Shown here in pieces: positions 35,338 to 47,034 of a stretch of 64,000 nucleotides of DNA. The DNA is from Octopus sinensis. Its lineage: Eukaryota. Location: assembly GCF_006345805.1 (NCBI RefSeq), contig NC_043003.1, positions 29,078,001 through 29,142,000 on the forward strand. Reading direction: 5' to 3'. Every line of letters starts with the position of its first letter. Position 1 is the stretch's first letter. The notes below the pieces were generated by a model. That model did not search any database. It saw nothing but the letters and a program-made list of their open reading frames with translations, and was not told where the DNA came from. Position numbers and translations under genes: made by a program.

Positions 35338-35600
35338 ACATTTTCTTTTCTTTGTTCACCCCTTTCTCCCCCTCTCTTCTTTTTTCTCTCCTCTTCCTCT
35401 TTCTTTCCCCTTTTCTTCCCTTCTCTCTCTCGCTTTCTTCTTTCTCTTCTTTCTTCTTTCTTTCCTATTTCCCTTTCTCTCCATCTGTCTTCTTTCACTT
35501 CTCTCTTATTCCGCTCCCTTTTCTCTGTCTCTCCCTGTCTACTCTTTATCTTTTCTCTTCCTTTTTATATCCTCTTTTTTCTCTCTCCTTAGACTACGCC
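35338..35600 (+). repeat. Long polypyrimidine (CT-rich) tract
   Basis: Direct reading. Confidence 0.9.
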
Positions 35601-35639
35601 TCACAAACAAATCCAAATCCACTTTCTTCTCACCTATTA

Positions 35640-35930
35640 TCCCAAGACACTGACCACGTCTTCACCTTCATGTTACGCACCTTCCTTTCCATCAACCACT
35701 TTCCCTTGCTCCCCATCTTCCATTTCAGTATTCGATTTCTGCAAACCATTATACACCAACATTTCTGTTTTCTAAAATCTCAAACTGCTACCGCTCAATC
35801 TTATCTCACCCCGCAACTCCTCATCTTCAAATGTGACCGTAACCTCCGGAACCTGTAGGTCAGATATTCCTTCACCTTAATCACATCCAAACACGATCAA
35901 TCGCCTACTTCCATTATAACTTCTGTCCTT
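35640..35930 (+). mobile_element. Penelope-like element linker fragment
   Basis: FPLLPIFH..TIIHQHF..PQLLIFKCDRNLRNL matches the PLE RT-to-GIY-YIG linker (FKRDxNLRD.LV). Confidence 0.6.
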
Positions 35931-36583
35931 TCATTTTCAATATCAAAAATCGATTCATTTCAATTCATAAGATCTACAGCCATTTCTCTGTTCACTAGAC
36001 TTCTTTAGAAGCAAAAACTTACTTTCAATCCAGACACATCCATTTTTCATTACATCAACAATTGTTTATATATCCTTTAATTCCCTCCCCTGTAACACGC
36101 TGAAGTACGCGCGCGCGCCACTCTCCCTGCTATTATGTCTACTAACATATACTGTTGTTTCCACGCATATACTGTTTCCACACACAAAAAGACACACATA
36201 GAAAGGCACACTTAGAAAGACACACAGAGACACATTCGTTATTACCAACTCACACGCAAACATATCAACCGTACTCTTACTGCTGCTCATTTTTCAACAC
36301 ATCTTTGATATATCAGCCCTCCACCATCCACCTCTATCTGCTCTACCCCAAAACCGTATTTCTACCAATCCACTTCCTTAGTCAATTGCTACATAATCCC
36401 TCTGTAAACCCACACAAAATGTTCTTTTTTCTCTAATTTGACAAATGCTTCCAACCCGGAGCTTCGATTATTTTTCCTGCCCTTAGGGTAATTATATTAT
36501 AAATTACATTTCATAACGTAATTTATTTTATGATACAATATAATTACATTTTATACTACAAATAAATTGCAAATAAATGTAAC

Positions 36584-36955
36584 TTATTACTTCCGCTTTA
36601 GAGAAGTCGGGGTGTTGTTTTCAGTCGTATTTGTTTATATGTTTGTCCGTGGACAAGATATTTCAAGAACTGCAGGATGGATTCGAATGAAAATTTCAGG
36701 CATGTTTGGCCTTGTGACTGACATGAACTGATTAGATTTTGGGTTTGATACGGTACCAGACAAGGATTCTGGATAATTTTTCCTGTTTTTTACTTAATTT
36801 TTGAAAGCAGTCGGGTTCATTTTTAGTATCCTCGTTTGTGAGAGCAGACGAGTTTTTTTCAGATATTCTCATTTTAAAAAATCAGCTCCAGCTAATCATT
36901 GAGAGGATGTTGGTGTTGCTTTGGCAGAAGTTTGCGCTCTCTTAGTGCCCTTGTT
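36584..36955 (+). mobile_element. Helentron-type non-autonomous element (HINE/DINE-like)
   Basis: 5' ttattACTTCCGC; subterminal inverted GGCAGAAGT at 36923; 3' hairpin GCGCT-ctctt-AGTGC; TT flanks. Confidence 0.7.
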
Positions 36956-36979
36956 TGTATTATTTTCATTTATTATTTC

Positions 36980-37605
36980 TTAATAATGGTTTCAAATTTT
37001 GGCAGAAGCTCGGAAAATCTAGGGCAAAGGGTAAGTCGATTGCATCGATCCCAGCGTTTACCTGGTACTTATTTATCACCCTCGAAAGAATGACAAGTAA
37101 ACTTCGGCGTAAAACGTAAAACCGGAAGAAATCCCACCAAGCATTTTGTCTAATGTGTTAACTATTCTTATTTCTTTATGGTCCACAAGGGGCTAAACAT
37201 AGAAGGGACAAACAAGGACAGACAAAGGCATTAAGTCGATTACATCGACCCCAGTGTGTAACTGGTACTTAATTTATCGACCCCGAAAGGATGAAAGGCA
37301 AAGTCGACCTCGGCGGAATTTAAACTCAGAACGTAACGGCAGACGAAATACGGCTACGCATTTCGCCCGGTGTGCTAACGTTTCTGCCAGCTCGCCGCCT
37401 TCGTCCCATTCCTAATGATGGTTTCAAATTTTGGCACAAGGCCAGCGAATTCGGAGGAGAGGTTAAGTCGATTACCTCGGCTGTAGTGTTCAACTGGTAT
37501 TTATTTTATCGACCCCGGCGGAATTTGAACTCAGAACGTAAAACCGGATGAAAGCCACTAAACATTTTGTCCAACGTGCTAACGATTTAGCAAGCTCGCC
37601 GCCTT
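36980..37605 (-). mobile_element. Cluster of three SINE-B copies (best preserved ~37170-37400)
   Basis: Reverse-complement head, core and tail three times. Confidence 0.8.
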
Positions 37606-38325
37606 CACACAATACCTAATGATGCAAGAAGAGAGCTCGTGTGTTGCTATGCGGGAATCTTGCTGCTTGAAATTCATCATTCTATTGATCTTCCAAATGG
37701 AAGGCTTCACTACAGTAACTCCAAGGTCACTGGCAAACTATTTCATTTGTAAACAAAATGCCTGCTGAGAGAATAAAGAATAAAATGATATGATATACTG
37801 CTCTCTTTTGTTTTCTTTTATATGATTTTTATTCTTTCTTTATGTTTTTTTTTTCAAACATTCTGCTGGCTTATATTAATAGTTGTTTACCTTATTTATA
37901 TTTTTATAATTTATTTATGTTTAAGAATATGTGTATGTGTGTGTGTGTGTATGTGTGTATTTCACTAGACTTACTAAACTTAAAGCTTGACCGATTTCAA
38001 CAGCCGTTGTCCACTAACTGACTGAATTTCTTTTCTCCTTCAGTCCGAACTCCACAATGAAATCTTTATTATATGCCAACTGCTGATATAATAAATAATT
38101 AGTGTAGAATAAACTCGCTACAAATAAATCAGTGACACCAAAAAAATACAGGAGATAGGCTCGTGAATTCCTCTTTGTTTTCATTAATTCTTTCTCCAGC
38201 TGCGAGCTGAATTATTAGGAATGAAAAACAACCGAGATAGTTAATGGCTTAGACACGGGCAGTCAATGGTTCGTTCGTGGTCAACGACTCCACCAAGAGA
38301 CAGGGCTGGTTGTCAGTTTTTAATT

Positions 38326-38550
38326 TTTTTATCTTTTATTTTTTACTTGTTTGAGTCATTTGGCTAAGGGCATACTGGGCTACCGCCTTGGAGAGTTTAG
38401 TCGAACAAATCGACCTCAGGACATTTTCTTTTTAAGCCGCCTATACTTATTCTATTGGTCTCTTTTGCCGAACCGCTGTGTTACAGGAACACACCAACTG
38501 CGGTTTCAAGCCATGGGCGAGGACAAAAACAGCCACAAAGACACACGCAT
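38326..38550 (-). mobile_element. SINE-A 3' half
   Basis: Reverse-complement tail. Confidence 0.75.
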
Positions 38551-38650
38551 CAATATATATATATATATAAAGCACGATTTACTCGTGATCAGAGTTGTTC
38601 GAAAACCGAGGTACTACTGTGTGTATATATATGTACATACACATATATAT

Positions 38651-39118
38651 AAAGCAAAGCAAACCTCTCAAGACATATACAATATTATTACAGGGAGAAA
38701 TTCAAAATCTTACAGCTGTTTCTGGGATATGGGATATTCGGTCATTAGAGACAAATTGGGGAAATAATATGGAAAATGAGAATGGTATATATCAATAAGA
38801 TGGAAAGCGAGAAGAAAAAAGAAGCATAAAAGTTCATAGTTCAATTTTCCGAAGTTATAGAAACCAAAGCATGCTTCTTTTTTCTTCTCTTTTTCCAGCT
38901 CCTTATTCCTTTAATCCCTCCCTCTATGTTGTCATCTTATTGATATATACCATTCTCATTTTCCATATTTTTTCTTCAAATTGTCTCTAATGATCGAATA
39001 TCCCATAATCGGGGATACCCCAGAAAGAGCTGTAGGATTTTGAATTTCTTCCTGTAATAATATTGTATATGACTTGGTGATGTTTGCCTTGCCTTAATGT
39101 TTGACGTCCTGTTTAACA
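38651..39118. mobile_element. Family H4 pLTR-like repeat as an inverted pair, each copy with a hammerhead-like motif (G5A)
   Basis: Arms 38651-38803 and 38935-39095; TCT-CTAATGA-..-GAA-ACAGCTGT-A-AGA on minus (38708-38751); plus copy 38984-39037 with stem II TATCCC/GGGATA. Confidence 0.7.
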
Positions 39119-39284
39119 ATTATATATGTGCTGCATCGGAAATCTAAAATAGCCCCATAACCACCGTCTTGGCTATAGCCTTGGAGTCCCAGTAATCTGT
39201 TACAGCATTTACCTAGCGTACCTAATCGCTTAGATCACCTGCGAACTAAACCCCCATGCTTTGTATATATATATTCTTATATCG

Positions 39285-40106
39285 AGAATGGATAGGTTTT
39301 TAGTACAATCGTTTCATACAAGGACAGGCTTTATTAAAAGTTGTAAAAATTACAGCATATAAACGTGTCCCGTACTCATCAACTAAAATACATGTGAGTT
39401 CTCTAGACATCCTAGTGGTTGAGGCTATACTCATGAAGTAATGTAGATAATTAAGTAACATAAACAGATTTCCAAAGTTCATTAAAGTTCTTTAAAGATG
39501 ATGTACAGTCCTATCACAGAATTTTAAAAAAGTTCTAATAGCATCACAGAGAAGGTGACCTAATCCATAGAGCACATATGAATTTCCAGAGATATGATGA
39601 GGGATTACATACTCACAGAAGACAAATTTATCCATTGTTAATCACAATGGAAACTTACATCTACACCATTGGAAATTGTGCATCTATACAAAGGATTAAT
39701 TCACCCTCTCTGTAATGCTAATAAGCAGGAATTGAGACCCACCTCGTTGTGATTAACAATGGATAAATTGTCTTCTGTGAGTATGTAATCCCTCTCATAT
39801 CTCTGGAAATTCATATGTGCTCTATGGATTAGGTCACCTTCTCTATGATGCTATTAGAACTTTTTTAAAATTCTGTGATAGGACTGTACATCATCTTAAA
39901 GAACTTTAATGAACTTTGGAAATCTGTTTATGTTACTTAATTATCTACATTACTTCATGAGTATAGCCTCAACCACTAGGATGTCTAGAGAACTCACATG
40001 TATTTTAGCTGATGAGTACGGGACACGTTTATATGCTGTAATTTTTACAACTTTTAATAAAGCCTGTCCTTGTATGAAACGATTGTACTAAAAACCTATC
40101 CATTCT
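39285..40106. repeat. Fold-back palindrome, ~360-bp near-identical arms, 99-bp spacer
   Basis: 39285-39647 versus 39747-40106; ORFs 39300..39482(-) and 39909..40091(+) translate identically except one residue. Confidence 0.93.
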
Positions 40107-40245
40107 TGTTGCTTCTTTCTCGCTTATAATCACCCCACATTACTGTATTGTTAAAACAGTATAGTTTTCTTTTGGTGCATCTAAGTTAGGTACCATATTC
40201 AAGTAAATTCATTTAAATTAACTTGAATCTTTATTGCTTTTTGTA

Positions 40246-40660
40246 TATTCTTATATCTATAAGAATGCCATATTAATATGGCGATAACAATTAATTTCCA
40301 GTGAACGCTGCCATAATCTCTTTTATAGAGACTTAGTAATTTTAATATTTCTATTATTGAAAACAAGTGGATGTATTCCACTGAAACTAGGTAAATATAA
40401 GCCTTCGAACAGAGACGTCAGTGGCGACACCTGCGGGTCTGACTGCGCTACATTGACAAGGGGCAATACCTCGAAACGCGTCTGTAGCTGTCGGACTGGC
40501 AGTGTGAAGCGGCTGACCTCCCTTGTTCGAAGGTTATAATGGTTACAGATCGTGTATCAATAGCTATCTTGATGGCGGTGGCCTCATGGAGCTGACCATG
40601 GCAGCGATTATTCTTATATCTATAAGAATGCCATATTAATATGGCGATAACAATTAATTT
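40246..40660 (+). mobile_element. Family H3 element with 52-bp perfect direct terminal repeats
   Basis: tattcttatatctataagaatgccatattaatatggcgataacaattaattt at 40246-40297 and 40609-40660. Confidence 0.85.
40447..40488 (+). ncRNA. Minimal type I hammerhead ribozyme, U3/A8 variant (H3)
   Basis: GCTACA-TTGACAA-GGGG.CAATA.CCTC-GAA-ACGCGT-C-TGTAGC: 6-bp stem I, 4-bp stem II, palindromic stem III, GUC cleavage triplet. Confidence 0.75.
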
Positions 40661-40679
40661 TATATATATATATATATAT

Positions 40680-40880
40680 ATTTAATCCAAACATGAAAAC
40701 ACAAAGAGAAAACACAACAACGCGAGGACGTGGAACAAATATAGTATTATTGGACGCCCAGGAAGGAAGGGAAGAAGGAGGGTTTTACGTTTCGAGTGGA
40801 GCTCTTCGTCAGAAACATAGGAAAACAAAAGATCCAGAGAAGGGAAGACGGAGGAAAAAAATCGCCAACGGTACGCACGC
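40680..40880 (-). mobile_element. Family H1 pLTR-like unit, single copy
   Basis: Homologous to 8873-9240. Confidence 0.8.
40782..40816 (-). ncRNA. Minimal type I hammerhead ribozyme, canonical core (H1)
   Basis: GTTT-CTGACGA-A-GAG.CTCCA.CTC-GAA-ACGT-A-AAAC; all core nucleotides intact; GUA triplet. Confidence 0.75.
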
Positions 40881-40898
40881 GGTCACATTTTGAATGTA

Positions 40899-40954
<56 letters not shown>

Positions 40955-40957
40955 ATA

Positions 40958-41095
40958 TACGACAAGCTTCTTTCAGTTTCGGTCTACCAAATTTGTTCGT
41001 CCCAAGAAGCTATAGTGGAAGACACTTGCCCAAGGTGCCACGCAGTAGTACTGAACCCGGAACCATATGGTTGGGAAGCAAGCTTCTTATCACAC
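40958..41095 (-). mobile_element. SINE-A head
   Basis: Reverse-complement head with small deletion. Confidence 0.82.
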
Positions 41096-41417
41096 GTAAG
41101 TTCGTGTTACGTAGGAAGACATTTATATCATTTCAGACAGGGTCCCTTCTTTGTCAAATTTTGACTCTTGTTATTGTTGTTGTTTAACCTCATCTCGGTT
41201 AAACAATGATTGAGCAGAAATATGCTCAAAAGCATTTCAGCTGTGACAATCTCGTCTTTTTAGAATACATGGTACTACATTGTCCACTTTCTTTTCCAAG
41301 CCGATAAGGGATAGGGATGGTTTTTGCTAGTATTTATAACAGATCCAATGGCCACATTTGGTACATTAGAGAAATGTGTAGCAAAGCTGCAAATTAATTT
41401 TGTGCATCTGTGCGTGT

Positions 41418-41450
<33 letters not shown>

Positions 41451-41859
41451 CATATATATATATACGTATATATAAATATATACATATATATATATACATG
41501 CACACACGCGCACGCACGCACACATACATACATACATACATACATACATAACATACATACATACATAGATACATACATACATACATACATACATACATAC
41601 ATACATACATACATAAAGATAGAGAGAGAACATTCTTATTTACAAATTTACAAAAAAATGTCTTCATATAGTTGCAATGTTTAGGAGAAAACTATTTTTT
41701 GTAATTAAAGATTATTAATTATAAAGCAATTATATTTAAAACAACGTAGGATTAAGACAGACTTGAAGTAAGAGAGATGTTAGTTGGGCGTTTTCGCTGT
41801 TTCCTTCTTTTCAAACACACGTGTTAAAAGTTGTCTGTGTTTATTCTGTGAGCATCAGT

Positions 41860-42625
41860 CTAGAGAGCCGCTTGTTATAATAAAACAATCGAGTTGATAA
41901 GTATCAAATTTCACCAGGATTAAAAAAACAAATTGCCGTGACTGATTTTACTTGCCGACCTTCAAACAGTGATCATAAAATTGTTCCAATACAGTTTCGA
42001 TTAGGGCAAAGTATTTTGATGCTTCGACGTCGGCTCCGATTCGGTGCGGGATGCTATCATTTTCTTGTATAGAATCTTTTTCGTCACATGGATTATAATT
42101 GGATCAAGATATCAATCATTTTTCTGCGCAAAAGATATGCACAACAGACTTAGTATCGGCATTTCTTTTTACATATTTTGCTGCTAGTGTTGAGCTCATA
42201 CGGCGCCCATTTGTCGAGAATTTTTGCCTTTCCAATATGGTAGAAATGTAGAACAACCATTGATTGGTCAATGTTTTGTTCTGTAATCTATCGAGTCGTT
42301 TTGTGTGAATCAACTTCATTAATGACCATCAGCTGATCATTATCATTTGAAGCCGGTCGTTTACAACTTTCTTCATCTTTCAGGTTCTTGTCTCTACAAT
42401 AAAATATTTTTGAGCCAATGTTGACTTGTGCGTTCGATGACGGTTCCCTGGTTAAATGCTCGGTTGATATTGTAAGCAGCTTATACCGTTTTGTACCATT
42501 TTTAACTCATACAAAAAGATCACTTAAACTTGATTCATTTTTCTTATATTTCTTTCATTGTTAATTTGACAACCAAAAATAAACTAAAATAAACAGTAAA
42601 ATTAAAACCAATAACAACTAATAAA
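41860..42625 (-). mobile_element. Mariner transposase relic, 5' two-thirds
   Basis: AFNQGTVIERTSQHW..NLKDEESCKRP..KTTR..HIGKAKILDKWAPYEL (WVPHEL), ..CDEKKILY (D of the DDD triad); TIR-like ttattagttgttatt at the 5' end. Confidence 0.8.
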
Positions 42626-43474
42626 GCATACACATAAATATGTTACAAAATGATATAGTATATAACCATTGTTCGATCAAAGTTTATACACACACGTACA
42701 CACACACACACACACTAACACACAGCCAACACCACACACTACACAAATAGTAACAAAATTTAAAATAAAAACCGCAATTAACTGCTTCCATATCCGATAT
42801 AAACAATACAAACGTTTCCGTTCTGAACACGCGCCATTTTTCTCTGTTGCGTTGCATAATTAGAGCAGCCCTAAAATACACCTCCCGACTGTATTTAGGC
42901 TTCTAAAAGATTCGTTTATCGAGCAACACTGTCTCTTATATATATGTAAAAATCAATCAAAAAGCTATATAAAAAAAAAAAGCTTACTGAAAAAATTTTA
43001 TGCAAAAAACTTACGGAAAATACTTCTAAAGAAAGATTTTTGCAGCATAACGGATACACAGGAAGACGCAACATTACTTTACTATCTAGATATATCTGGA
43101 ATATTTCAATAAGACTTTGTTGCTTTTCTATTTTAAGATACGAAGTGATTTCAAGTTGAATTGTTTTCTATTTCTAGCCGATCGAGCAAGCATACCAAGG
43201 CACTCCCCATTATTGAGTTTATTTTTGTGGTCTTAGACTCCTTGCAGATATCACTAGGCAATACTCCCTAGTTATTCTTCCTAGTTATATCACTATTCAC
43301 TATTCATTCATGAAAAACCTGCTTATAATTCTTATCACTCTTAGATCTGCCAGTAACATATAAACTAAGCCGTTATTGATGAGGTCTAATAAGGCTGAAA
43401 AGTGTTCAGAGGGGTTCCCTTATACATCAGACTGGTCAATTCATAACAATTTCGGAGAAAACACCGAAATAGTT

Positions 43475-43830
43475 CTGTGGTTCTCAACCGGCGTCCATAT
43501 GGCCCTTGATGGTCCATATAATATTTTGGGGGCTCCACACCACAAAATAGTAAATTGGAGATCCACAGTAGTATTTTAAGGGCCACTAAGAAAATTTTGC
43601 TTTAGATGTATGTATGTATGTATTAGTATGTATTGCAAGAAACCGATATATTTTTTTTCTCTAACATTTTACATAGTTCAACCTACACAAGTTAATATGG
43701 AAATAAGAAAATAGGAATTTTGAAAGAAGTTTCTATAAAACTAGTTTTTGAACATTGAATGGCTGTGGGGCCCACCAGAATAAAATGATAATCAAAGGGG
43801 TCAATAGATAAAAAATGGTTGAGAAACCTG
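43475..43830. mobile_element. hAT (Charlie-like) MITE
   Basis: TIRs ctgtggttctcaacc and ggttgagaaacctg; right TSD hidden by the adjacent SINE-B. Confidence 0.72.
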
Positions 43831-43837
43831 TCGCGAC

Positions 43838-43985
43838 GTTCTGAGGTCAAATCCCGCCGAGGTCGACTTTACCTTTCATCCTTTCGAGGTCGATAAATTA
43901 AGTACCAGTTGCGTACTGAAGTCGATCTAATCGACTGGTACCCTCCCCAAAAATTTCGAGCCTTGTGCCAAGAGAAGAAAAGAAT
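43838..43985 (+). mobile_element. 5'-truncated SINE-B
   Basis: Core plus terminal tail. Confidence 0.82.
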
Positions 43986-44241
43986 ATTTCTTGGCTTACT
44001 GCAGGAAGTACGTTACTGACAGCTTTACTATTAGATTATAATACTGCAGGCACACCTTTGTTTCAGTACCATTCTGTTTTGAACCACGATACTTGTAAAT
44101 GTTTATGAGAGACAAAATATTCAATATAGTATAAATCTACACATGGTTGAATATGTTGGAGTGGTACCTCATCAGATTAGTACCACGGTGAGCTACTACT
44201 ATACATGTTTATACAGATATTGAGTATTTTATCACATATAA

Positions 44242-44698
44242 TCTATTATATAAAATCCGTTCTGTCTGTCTGTCTGGTGTGTCTTCTAGGATCTCGGGCA
44301 TCCTCCATCCCATTGCACTCAAATTTGATATGTAGATACCGACGGTATCAGGGCGTGTATAAGTCTTGAAAAAATTACAAAAATCGATTCCAGGTGAGAA
44401 TGCGATCGATAAAGCCGTGGGAACGTGCATTTGGACGCGCAAGTACATCAGCTGTTGCAATGTACTTACTTGTACTTTAAACTCTTCGGTTGCATATTTG
44501 TGTGAATAAAATCGTTTTTCTTTGGAATAGACAAAAAGTCTATCTTTATTTCTTCTTTTGCTGGGGTCTCAAATTTGGGTTAAATCGGTGTTTCTCAAAG
44601 GGGAGGCCCATGGGACGGTCGGACAAGTTGTTTTGAGGAAATTTGGTTTAAATGTTTGACAACTCAGCACCGTCCATTGTACGGGGACTTTTTGCTCG
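44242..44698 (+). mobile_element. Non-autonomous Helitron
   Basis: A|TCTATTATATAAAA start with (TCTG)n; 3' hairpin CCGT-ccattgt-ACGG then CTCG|T (CTAG with one change). Confidence 0.68.
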
Positions 44699-45094
44699 TC
44701 ATCTATATGTCAAGTAGTTCGGAAGGAAATGGCACAGAAACAACTGCAATGAATATTAAACGTGCTGCATTGACTCTTCATCTACGTTGACTTAGATACT
44801 ACGTTATGAAATATTCACACGCCAGTTATACTAGTGATAAGCACTGGGAGTTTCAGCAAAAGTAAACTTGTTTGAATTTTCAAGTACAGTACCAAACTTA
44901 AAGTGTAAAGAGTGAGGGCACTGTATTGAATGCTGAAGATAGAATACACCCAGTTTTTAGTCAATATAGACTTGCTATATGTGTATGCGCGTGTGTTTAT
45001 GTGTGCGTGTGTGTGTGTTGAATGGGTCGTCAGGCAAAACTTATAAAATCCCTGTCATTTCGAGCTTTACAATAGATAGGAGGAGAATTCGCAA

Positions 45095-45300
45095 AAAAAA
45101 AAGACGAAGACAAGTGGTGTAGACAACAAACAGATGTATTAGTTTAACGCTCGGGAAGTGAAAAAGTCTTTAACGTTTCGTGCCTACGATCTTCCACAGA
45201 AAGCAACAGGGAGAGAAAATAAAGAATGTGTAGTGGCTAGCGATCTATCATGGCGAATGCCGGACAGAGGGGTCACACAGGAGAGCTAGGAAGAAGAAGA
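45095..45300 (-). mobile_element. Family H2 pLTR-like repeat, hammerhead-like motif 45168-45203
   Basis: CTTT-CTGTGGA-A-GATC.GTAG.GCAC-GAA-ACGT-T-AAAG (stem II decayed). Confidence 0.72.
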
Positions 45301-45715
45301 GATAATAAAGTAGTCTGTATTAAGCAAATTTTCAAAAGTATATTAAGTTTAACTTGAAAATAATAACCTGAATTAGCACGCGCACTCACACACACATACA
45401 CGCGCGCGCACACATACATACATACATACATAATGTATATGTATGTATGCATGCATGTATGTATGTATATATGTATGTATATCATCAGTTAGTTGTCAAT
45501 GCGTCAGAAAAGAAAAGCACACTCAATATGAGTAATAGAACGGTTATATTTTATACTGCTCGACGATGTTTGGAGGTGCGCGCACGTGTGTGCTCCAATT
45601 ACTGTTTCTAACTAGTCTATCCCGCTCCTCTATATACTTTCATGTTTGTTTCTGTGAGTGCGAGCGCGCGTGCATGTGCGTGTATATGTGTATGCGAGCG
45701 TGTGTGTGGGGGTAC

Positions 45716-45777
<62 letters not shown>

Positions 45778-45902
45778 AGTGGTTCCTGTGGATATGCGCA
45801 CGTGTGCAGGCCAATTATCACTATCCGACTAAGTTTTGTTCCTTCATACATACGTATGCATATGAGTGTGTGCTCGTATAATATATATATATATATTCGT
45901 GC

Positions 45903-45934
<32 letters not shown>

Positions 45935-45946
45935 CCGTGTGTGTGT

Positions 45947-45977
<31 letters not shown>

Positions 45978-46112
45978 TACCTAACATTTGTGTTTGTTTA
46001 AAACGATGTTGTAACCTAATCTGCTTGCTGACAATTACAAGTAGTTTAGCATATTATGACTCACGCCTAAATCATTCTCGCTTCCTTCTTAATTCTTTCT
46101 ATTCGTTGTCAG

Positions 46113-46145
46113 CAAACGGTTTCGTATCATAACTCAGCAGTCAGC
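46113..46145 (+). CDS. Candidate 33-nt symmetric host micro-exon
   Basis: Long pyrimidine tract cttccttcttaattctttctattcgttgtcag and donor |gtaagt; open as QTVSYHNSAVS (phase 0) or KRFRIITQQS (phase 2). Confidence 0.25.
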
Positions 46146-46444
46146 GTAAGTTTACTTCAATATATTGTGCTACCCTCAGCTGTCATGCCCTGCCAGAGAT
46201 AGGAGTAGGATTAACGTTAGATTTTAGATTTTATCATTACCGTTATTTCACTATATCTTACTACCCTCAGCTATCAAATCTTTTTGACCCCATATGGTTA
46301 CAAACTCTAGATATATAAAATTACGCCATGCAATTGTCATCCAGAACAATTCTGCGTGGGAGTTAAGGTAGTCACTAACAAAAATGTACAAGTCAAATAC
46401 TGAGGTCAACTGTTTTGCACCATTATCATTTTCTGACCTTGAAA

Positions 46445-46830
46445 AGCAGCAAAATGCTTTGCGGTAATTCGCCGGTCTTTACGTTCTGGGTTCAAATTCC
46501 GCCGAGTTCGACTTTGCCTTTCATCCTTTCGGGGTCGATAAAATAAGTGCCTGTTGAGCACTGGGTCGGTATAATCGACTTATACCCCTCCCCAGAAATT
46601 TCTGGCGTTGTGCTAAAATTTGAAATCAGTATTTTCAGGCTTTATCCCTATGCTAAAAATAGTTATATGGCAACATCATTTGAGCATCGGTAGAAAATCT
46701 TTTCGCAGAATTTGTTCTGCACTTTACGTTCTGAGTTCGAATCACGCCGAGGTCAACGATGCTTTTCATCCCTCCGCGATGATAAAATAAAGCATTAGTC
46801 AAAGGCACAAAATTGCAGGCCTTGTGGTTA
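46445..46830 (+). mobile_element. Two SINE-B copies, the second degenerate
   Basis: Cores at ~46495 and ~46735. Confidence 0.75.
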
Positions 46831-47034
46831 AATTAGATAAAAAGGAATGCGAGAATAAGGTTTTAAGGACCGAAATACTTGCGTAAGAAAGGATTTTCTG
46901 CGAAAGACCTTCAGCTGTTAACCTCTTGTTAGAACCTGCTAGTACTACTAGAAGCATTTAGAGATTATGTTGAACAATTTCTCTGACAAGAGCTGAAATT
47001 TCATAATACTTTTTTAATACAGTTAATTAACAGA

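Noticed and set aside
38018-38110. Strong splice acceptor ctgaatttcttttctccttcag (ends 38043)
   Set aside because: All frames stop within 16 codons and there is no good donor; a terminal or non-coding exon cannot be supported without RNA data.
40009-40035. CTGATGAG in the right arm of the 39285 fold-back
   Set aside because: No downstream GAAA; the left arm lacks the motif.
39300-40091. Two near-identical 60-aa ORFs on opposite strands, resembling a duplicated gene
   Set aside because: By-product of the fold-back arms; no protein motif.
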